A stretch of 44,015 bases of DNA from Basidioascus undulatus (Eukaryota), in assembly GCA_000826855.1 (NCBI GenBank), contig JTLS01000025.1, positions 1 through 44,015 on the forward strand, given 5' to 3'. Shown here one piece after another: positions 36,809 through 44,015 of this stretch (position 1 is the first letter of the stretch; each line of letters starts with the position of its first letter). The notes beneath the pieces are model-generated. The model was not told the origin of the DNA. It searched no databases and saw only the letters and a program-made list of their open reading frames with translations. The position numbers and the translations under genes are program-made.

Positions 36809-37946
36809 ATGGCAGTCCCACCAAGTGAGCCTTCCCCCCCGTCGCCGAGTCAGATAGATCGATCCAGCTGAGCCTCCCTCGTTCACCTCCGTACAGAGCT
36901 CGCGGTGCGTACCATCGTCTGCCCCATCCACCCAACGAGAAGCTCTTTAATAACCTGATCTCGCACTGTACTACAGGGCCTGATCAAAGGCAACCTCGCG
37001 GCGCCCAACACGCTCGAGCTGTACATCGACTACCTCTGCCCGTTCTCCAAGAAGCTCCTCGTCAACGTCGACGAGGGCCTCTGGCCGCTCATCCAGCAGT
37101 CCAAGGACTTCAAGGACCAGGTCAAGATTGTCGTGCGTCCGACGCCACAGCCTTGGTACGTACTCCTCTCTGACGTCATGTTCTCCTCGGCTTAGATTGA
37201 GCTTACTGGACGATGGATGGTGGGCCAGGCACGTCTCTTCCCCACTCCTGCACGAGGCCGCCCTAGCCGTAGCGAACGTCGCGCCCGGCAAGTTCTGGGA
37301 GTTCTCCGTTTTAGTGCGCCGACCTCCTCTCTCTTCCCCCTCCACCTCCCATCCCTCTTCACCTATCCCCCGCTGATGCGCCTCCGGCCTACCAGCTCAT
37401 CAAATCCCAAGACCGGTGGTACGATGAGCGGGCGAAGGACCTGACGCCCAACACGATCCGTGACGAGCTCGCAGCGTTCGCGGGGAAGTACGTGCCCGAC
37501 AAGGCGGCGGTGCGTCGCTTGCTTGAACCCGCGGAGGGCAACAGCGGAGGGCAGGTGGTGCCTGACCTCAGTGCGTCCTCGACTTTTCTTTCGGCTTGAG
37601 GCTTGAGCTGATTGTAAGACCTGTATATGGATTCCAGAGTACGTCATCAAGGTCGGACGCCAGAACGGGATCCACGTTACGCCAACTGTCCTGTTCAATG
37701 TGCGTAGTCTCTAACACTCACCACCTTCCATAAATCTCCTTCTCAGGCCCTTTGAATCACCATTCTTCCGGGAGCAGGGAGTCATTGAGGGCTGTAGGTC
37801 CTATTATCCACGCATCCCACATCACCCCCCGAATGCAACTGACAGCGCCCCACCCGCACACCTTCTCCACAGCCATTTCGTCCTCGTGGGAGGCAGAGCA
37901 GTGGCGTGAATTCTTGGATGGGAAGATCCCGAAGGGGGGCCTGTGA
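36809..37946 (+). CDS. Thioredoxin/DsbA-like fold protein (single-Cys DYLCPFS type; resembles yeast Pxp2/YJR111C)
   Basis: MAVPPKLAGLIKG...TLELYIDYLCPFSKK...PQPWHVSS.LLHEAALAV...FWEFS..L...KVGRQNGIHVTPTVLFNG...ISSSWEAEQWREFL; 8-nt (36897-36904) and 16-nt micro-exons. Confidence 0.82.
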
Positions 37947-38363
37947 TGGGGTCAACAAGTGTGCACAAGAAAAGTACTGTGAAATACAACGCCTTACCTG
38001 ACCTTTGCTTGGACGAGATCTGGTCCGTCGTGGCGCGGGCTGGGCATTGTGTCCAGGGCCTTCATGTCACAGAGCTATCTGTGTTAAAGAAAGTTTTCGG
38101 GCCCCTCGGGAAGACCTTCGTCTGATATGTTACAGGAAACGAGGCCAAGGACCGGGAGTTCCTTGATAGTTCGTTCAGCTTGGGCTTAAACGCACTGATC
38201 AGGCATTCCTACATCGAAGGTTGTTTCCTCTTTTTGCGTCTTTGAACGTCTTTCGAATATCGCGACCAACACACACACAACACTGGCCGTACTGGCCGCG
38301 CAGCGTGGAATCTCTTCAACAGCACGCGCAAGTGCTCCCAGTTCAGGAACTCGCTCTTCACCG

Positions 38364-38366
<3 letters not shown>

Positions 38367-38398
<32 letters not shown>
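38367..38398. repeat. (AC)16 microsatellite
   Basis: Directly visible dinucleotide run. Confidence 0.95.
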
Positions 38399-38404
<6 letters not shown>

Positions 38405-38527
38405 CGTCGCCATCATCAGCTTTGGCGTCTATCATCGGTATTCACCCCTGCCGCACTCCGTCATGGCTGCGCAACCTCTGTCACCGAAGGCAGATCGTCT
38501 GCGGCGCGAAGGAAACGTGCGTGTTGA

Positions 38528-40660
38528 ATGTTAACGAGTCAGCGTCTTCCATCTCTCGGTGTTTGCTTAAGCGGCGGAAACACGCAGACCTTCTTCACCG
38601 AAGGAAGATACGCTCTCTCTATCAGCCGCTATACGGACGCGATCAGCGCTTCCCCCACGTCCGCGGTCTTGTACGGCAATTGCTCCGCAGCGGAGGCGAA
38701 ACTCCAGCAATGGAGGGCCGCGGAGCAGGGCGCGCGTAGGGCAACCGAGCTGCGATTTCGCGGGACTGAGCCTTTTTTTAAAATTTTGCGCATCCCTGAC
38801 GACTGTGTTGACGGCGCAGCCAGATCCTAGCTGGTCGAAGGGATGGTCGAGGCTCGTTGGTGCACAGGAGGGCTCGAGACGTACGCGGAGGCGCAGAAGA
38901 GCTGTGAGTACTCCAAGACCAGGGAAACGGCGCTTGTACAAAATGGTGAAACGTTTAATGTCCCCTTTATGGGACGAGGGCAGCCTTGCTCGAAACTGAC
39001 GCACAACGTCGGCAAGGCATGATTCGCTTCCACGCTCCTACTGTTACCCTCGATACAGAAGCTCACCTGCCCGTCATTACTAGAATATAACGCGAAATAA
39101 GAGCGCCTCTGAAAGAAGACGCAGTCCAAGGAGAAGAGGCGAGCTCAGGAGGTCCAGCTCGACGCAGACTCGGAAACCGTGGCGAACACACCCCTTCAGG
39201 CGGATCGAGGCGCTGCAAGCTCAAGGCGTCGTTTCGCCCCAGAATCAGCAGCCCCAAAGGTCTGAAAGGCCCATATAATCTTCAGGAAGGCAATGCAGGT
39301 GTGCGCATTGATTCGGCAGCCGCAGCTCCGACGCGACCGTGACGTTGACGTTTCTCCTGCAGAACCTCGAGAAAGCGTTGGTGCTGCCTGGGAGCCGCTA
39401 TCAATCCAACCTCGGCATCGTCGCTGAGCTGGCTACATCGATCCTCATCGTAAGGGTGCTTGCTTGGCTGCTGTCTGTCACGCTCATGATACTCAGACTT
39501 GCTTCGTCAGACTGCCGCGGCTTCGAGGCGGCGTTTGCGTGACGCCCTTCAACGCCTCAGTAACTCTCTTTCCCGCTCCTTCTCCTACTCTGCGTCGCTG
39601 ATGAAGTTTCTCAACAGATGGGCAGCTTACAGCTGAGGAAACTCGATTCGCCGCTCCGAAGGCGGACTAGTCAGCCGCGGAGATTGTGGACTATTACGAT
39701 GCCCGGGTGAAAGCTGAGGGCTGGGACGACTGCGTCTTTCTCTACATCATCTAACGGTTAAGATTTCCTGAAACATCGCTTGGTGGGCAGTCGCCCCGAA
39801 CGGCCCGGCGTCCGCCCCGCTTTGAGCTTCACAGTGGGCGCGCAAGTCGTCAAGGGGATGCTTGCCGAGGAGATGGGAGGGCTCATAGGCGAGGCCGCTT
39901 CGCATTTCCGCCGGTAAATTGGAGTTTGTTTTCGCATCTCACATTGGCCCCTTTTTAATGACTCCCTGCCATGCCACAGAGCCGTCGCCGACATCGAGCC
40001 CGGACGCGCTAGGTGGGCGCAAGTGGTAGGCTTTTCTCTTAGCCGGGCTGTTTCTTCCCTCTAACTTGATGCATAAAACTTGCTCAGGCCCCGAGTATTC
40101 GATGACTCACACTCGACTTGACGTTCCTGAGAACTATTCAGGTTATGTGAGTAAGATCAGCCGCTTTTCACGCCCGACTCGCTCTGACCAGCGTTTCACG
40201 CATACCGCCTGATGAGTGCGTCTTCTTACGCAATGTCCCTCATTCCAACCTTATCGACTCACTCTCGCCGTTGGCTGCAGATAGACACTCTGATGGACCT
40301 CATAGGCCGCAAAGGCAGGCTCGAAGCTTTACGCGAGGTCAACCAGATCGCGGTCAACCTGGTCGAAGTGGGTCTTACACTTCCCTCTCTTTCTCATGTT
40401 CATGCTGATCTCTTACTTTCACGCAGTCTCGGGGAGATGGTGTTCGCGAATTGCGCTCAGGCGGCATCGCCGATGCGACGCTGAAGGCCTACCCCGAGGC
40501 GGAGGCCTGCGCAGCGCTCGACTTTCTCGCAGCAGACAACGCGAAGATAGTCGGAGGAGAGCGACCTTGTCGACGACGTCCGGCGCGAGTCCGAGGCGGC
40601 AGCGACGCAGTACGCTCTCGCTGCGAGCCTCCTTCCGCTTGATGAACCGCTCAAGCGTAA
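38528..40660 (+). pseudogene. Degenerate TPR-repeat protein gene
   Basis: TPR-like GNTQTFFTEGRYALSISRYTDAISASPTSAVLYGNCSAAEAKLQQWRAAEQGARRATEL...DPSWSKGWSRL. Downstream exon-like blocks still carry GT/AG signals, but the donor near 38752 appears lost and frames are broken. Boundaries approximate. Confidence 0.6.
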
Positions 40661-42036
40661 TTGCATTCATGCGTCGCTTTACCAGTCATATGCTGTTTCT
40701 ATCTTTACCAAACACATACTCACACAACTGTCTCTGCCAGCTTCCTTGACAGTGGCGATCTCATGCGGTGCCTTTCTTTTTCTTCGTCGTCTATTTGCAA
40801 TCTTTCGTTGACCATGCGGCACTTTATCTTGCTTGCGTTGTCCAAAACTAGACTTTAACTAGTAGCAGTCTGTAGCTTTCACGCAGTCTAACATGGTCGC
40901 TCGATTTCGGTCATCGAATTTGACTTCTCCAGTACAATTCACGGAACACAAGGAGATTAAGTTGTTACTTTCCATGTGGCGGAGGTTGGACTAGCCGCCC
41001 TGCTAGTGCGATGCTGCCCTGCACTCGGTGCGACGGCATCCAGTTGTTCCAGCGGCAGCCCACGGTATAACTTGCTCTTTCAGCCTTTTCGTTGGGTCGT
41101 ATGTCCAAATGTTAGACAATTAAGTTCCAGTAAACAGTAGAAGCCGGTAATTGAGGGTGTAAACCGAGAACGGCTCTCGTAAGGGGTCCTCAAAGCTGCA
41201 GCTTTTTATTGCCCTGTCATCTGGGTCAATAGTAGGGGATGTCTAATAGGAATTTTTGGTGGCATACGCCTGATATTAATTCAAAGACGGCTGCTTGTGA
41301 AATCGTGCTTGCTTTGCAGTGTGTGTGTCTCCATAGTGTCTGATCTTTGTGAATCTAGCGTCGATACAACTGATACCTGAGTGATGGATGCTCGACTCCC
41401 CCTACGCCGAGCATGCCGAGCATAAAGAAGAGGATATCCGTGATGTTTCATAAATTATTATAAAGAAAGGCAAACACTGTGTGCCAAACAATGCAGCGGC
41501 ATTGCCGGCTGTTATCGTGCACGCAGCTGCCGCGCTGCCGCGCCGCCCCAGCCGTCGGGCGGCGTTATTCCTTTGTCCTGACCGTCAACCCCTCGCCGCT
41601 CGCCTCCCACGCCTTGAACTTACAACTTTACGTCGTTCTGCGCTGGGCGATATTCCAGAGGATCAGGTACGATTGTCTGTCTTTGCCATCCAAATCTAGT
41701 TGAACGAACGTCTGAATCCGAGGGGATGCAGCCTGACCGGACGGATCTCGACTGGGCTGCGTGCGGACATTTCCGGTGTAGAGCGCTCGGGCGGGTACTT
41801 TTGTTGTGTACGTGCCCATTCGTTCTTTCTGGCGCGAATATAGACGGCTTGGGGGTACACTGGGTGCAGATGGCTCGAGGTGGCGGGGCTGATAGCGAGC
41901 AAATCATGGCTGACGACGGGCCTGCTTGGACCACCGCCCGTGCGCGCAGGCTCAGTCAGGGCCGTCAGCGCTGCGACTATCCGCCTAGCGAGGACTCAGC
42001 CAGCTGCGAAGCTCAGGCGTCGACCGCGGTACCCCC

Positions 42037-44015
42037 ATGCAAGCCATGACCAGCACCCTGCCCTTCCCCTCGACTTCCATGCCCTCCGCCTCCGCATTCC
42101 CGTACTCGACATCCCCATCCGCACCGCCCCCGCCGAGGCAGCACACGGCGACCACGACGCCCATGATGGGCCAGTCGCACCTCCCCTCCCCCTCCGCATC
42201 CCCGACGACCTCCTCCCAGCCGAGCACGACGACCCCGACCTCCCCGCTCTTCCTCCCCACCTCGTCCTCATCCACCACTCTCCACACACAGCCGTCCGTC
42301 CCCACCCTCCGCCCGCTCGAGCCGCCCCCGGGTGTGCCGTTCGGGCAGTGGGTCCGCGCATGGGACGACGCGGACGTGGGCGCATTCCTCGCGCACCACC
42401 GCTGCTCGGCTTACGAGGGCGTCTTCAGGGATAACGACATCCGCGGGGACGTCCTGCTCGATGTGGACCAGCAGGCGCTCAAGGAGATGGGCATCCAGAG
42501 CGTCGGCGACCGCATCAAGCTCGTCGTGGCTGTCAAAGTCCTGCGCACCCGGTGCGCGCGGGAAGGAAGCGGTGGGGCGGGGATAGCCGGAGGCGGGCTG
42601 AGGCTCGGGGCGGGGTCGGGGGCGCCGAGCGAGAACCCGCGAGTGACGGTTGACGCGCCCATGGACTCGCCCCCCCGCGCCGGACTCGACCTCACCCGTC
42701 TAACAGGCATCGGCGACTTTTCCCAGCTCCCAGGCGGGACGTCTCGCCGACGACCTGCCCACTCCCGTCCGCCGCCCCTCCATCTCGCCCAGTCCGCCGC
42801 ACGCGACCTCCCCCAGGCGTACCAGTCCACCCTCGCCCCCTCGCCCAACATCCGCGCGGGCACTTCCTCTTCCTCTTCCAACTACCTCGGCCTCCGTCCC
42901 TCCGCGCCTAGCTCCACAGGTCGCGCCTCCCCCGCCCCATTCTCTTCCACCACCCACTCCGACGTCCCCCCTCCCACACCTGACAAGCCCTCACACATAC
43001 ATCCGAAGCAGCAGCAGCCTCAGCCGCAGCGGGGGCTCAACGTCCCGCTCTCCAAAGCCCCCCGACGAGGCAGCGACGCGCGCTCCGCGGAGCCCCCCGC
43101 GTTCACCTCCAACCCGCTTCCGACCCCGCCCACAGGAGCGCCGAGCAGCCAGCGCGGGGGTTTGGGCGTGCCGAGCTCGGTGTTCCGCTCCCCCAAAGCC
43201 CCCGTGCACCGCAAGAACAACTCGCACTCCTCCCCCGGGCGCGTCCTCTTCTCCTCCTCCTCCTCCCACCACACGACCTCCCGGCCGTCCACGGGCCAGT
43301 CCGCGCGCCCCTCCACCTCCGGTTCGCTCCAACAACACCCGTACGCGACATCGCAGGCGTCCCCAACGCTCGAGTACCACCCGACCTCCCCGACCGCGGA
43401 CCAAGGCACCTTCGGGCCCGCCGGGGGCGCAGGAGCAGGGTATCGGATCGGGACGGGCCCGTTCCCGAGCACAACGCCGCCGTCGGCGCTCTCGCTCACG
43501 GACGTGCGCCGCAAGTGCGTCAAGTTCATCAACGCCGAGGACGGGCACACGCGCGTTATCGACGTCAGCGAGTGCGAGGGCGCGGGCGAGGTCCTTTGCC
43601 GCGTGCTCAAGAAGTTCGGCAAGATTGAGCCCTCTGCGCGCGCGGGCTCGGGCGACAGGGAGGAGGGGGACAAGACGTGGTTTGGGTACAATGGCTGGGG
43701 CGTGTTTGTCAACTCGAATGGGCAGCGTGCGTGTTTGCTTTCTTCGATTGGCTGGGAAGTAAGTTGGGGTGGGACTGACTGGGTGGGTTCCTGGTCGCAG
43801 CTGTTGGGAAGCCCCTCAGCGAGGATGAGATCCTCGCGGTGTGCCACGCGCCCCCCGACGACCCGCACCGCGAGCGGGGTCTTGTCCTCCAGCGGATCTC
43901 GGATCTCGAAGGCCCGAAGCGTAAAGGCCGGCGCAAGCTCGAGGCCTTCTTCGGCGAGAGGCCGCCGAAGCGCCAGCCCACCTCTCCCACCACTCCCACC
44001 TCCGCCTCCTACACC
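42037..44015 (+). CDS. STE11: MAP kinase kinase kinase Ste11/Kpp4-like, N-terminal part (SAM plus Ras-association domains); runs off the window
   Basis: SAM domain WVRAWDDADVGAFL...VFRDNDIRGDVLLDVDQQALKEMGIQSVGDRIKL; Ras-binding region VRRKCVKFINAEDGHTRVIDVSEC....EVLCRVLKKFG; LSEDEILAVCH...RERGLVL; RKLEAFFGERPP. The kinase domain is not in the window; start could be 42037, 42046 or in an upstream exon. Confidence 0.85.
   Translation, partial: MQAMTSTLPFPSTSMPSASAFPYSTSPSAPPPPRQHTATTTPMMGQSHLPSPSASPTTSSQPSTTTPTSPLFLPTSSSSTTLHTQPSVPTLRPLEPPPGVPFGQWVRAWDDADVGAFLAHHRCSAYEGVFRDNDIRGDVLLDVDQQALKEMGIQSVGDRIKLVVAVKVLRTRCAREGSGGAGIAGGGLRLGAGSGAPSENPRVTVDAPMDSPPRAGLDLTRLTGIGDFSQLPGGTSRRRPAHSRPPPLHLAQSAARDLPQAYQSTLAPSPNIRAGTSSSSSNYLGLRPSAPSSTGRASPAPFSSTTHSDVPPPTPDKPSHIHPKQQQPQPQRGLNVPLSKAPRRGSDARSAEPPAFTSNPLPTPPTGAPSSQRGGLGVPSSVFRSPKAPVHRKNNSHSSPGRVLFSSSSSHHTTSRPSTGQSARPSTSGSLQQHPYATSQASPTLEYHPTSPTADQGTFGPAGGAGAGYRIGTGPFPSTTPPSALSLTDVRRKCVKFINAEDGHTRVIDVSECEGAGEVLCRVLKKFGKIEPSARAGSGDREEGDKTWFGYNGWGVFVNSNGQRACLLSSIGWEVSWGGTDWVGSWSQLLGSPSARMRSSRCATRPPTTRTASGVLSSSGSRISKARSVKAGASSRPSSARGRRSASPPLPPLPPPPPT

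Noticed and set aside
34043..38398. Two CAT(AC)n tracts as direct-repeat ends of a mobile element carrying the kinase and thioredoxin-like genes
   Set aside because: The flanks share no convincing similarity, there is no transposase/RT or target-site duplication, and the enclosed thioredoxin-like gene looks native.
1..44015. The many long Arg/Ser/Pro-rich ORFs in the six-frame track (e.g. 16758-17534, 27405-28202, 43020-43868)
   Set aside because: They are antisense or off-frame shadows of GC-rich exons of the spliced genes and carry no recognisable motifs.

Overview
GC-rich, very intron-dense fungal genomic DNA. It is a basidiomycete; the GTGCGT/GTACGT donors, short introns and many micro-exons suggest a Pucciniomycotina-like lineage (inference). 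The ORF track is mostly uninformative because genes are spliced, so I assembled gene models by hand. In order: 3' part of GEM1 (Miro GTPase), RAD50 (~27 introns), a DUF427 protein, a secreted class-3 lipase, a Ser/Thr kinase, a small single-pass membrane protein, a Usp-domain protein, an ACSF2-like acyl-CoA synthetase, a frameshifted SDR, an Nbl1/Borealin-like protein, two hypothetical genes, an intron-containing tRNA-Ser(CGA), the C-terminal half only of a sulfide:quinone oxidoreductase, an intronless decayed kinase, a thioredoxin-fold protein, a TPR pseudogene, and the 5' part of the MAPKKK STE11. I cannot support a wholly new multi-gene system. The strongest oddities are (1) an apparent U2-type AT-AC intron needed to complete the RAD50 C-terminus, (2) a clean but 5'-less SQR gene abutting a tRNA, and (3) a cluster of decayed genes in the ~15 kb before STE11.
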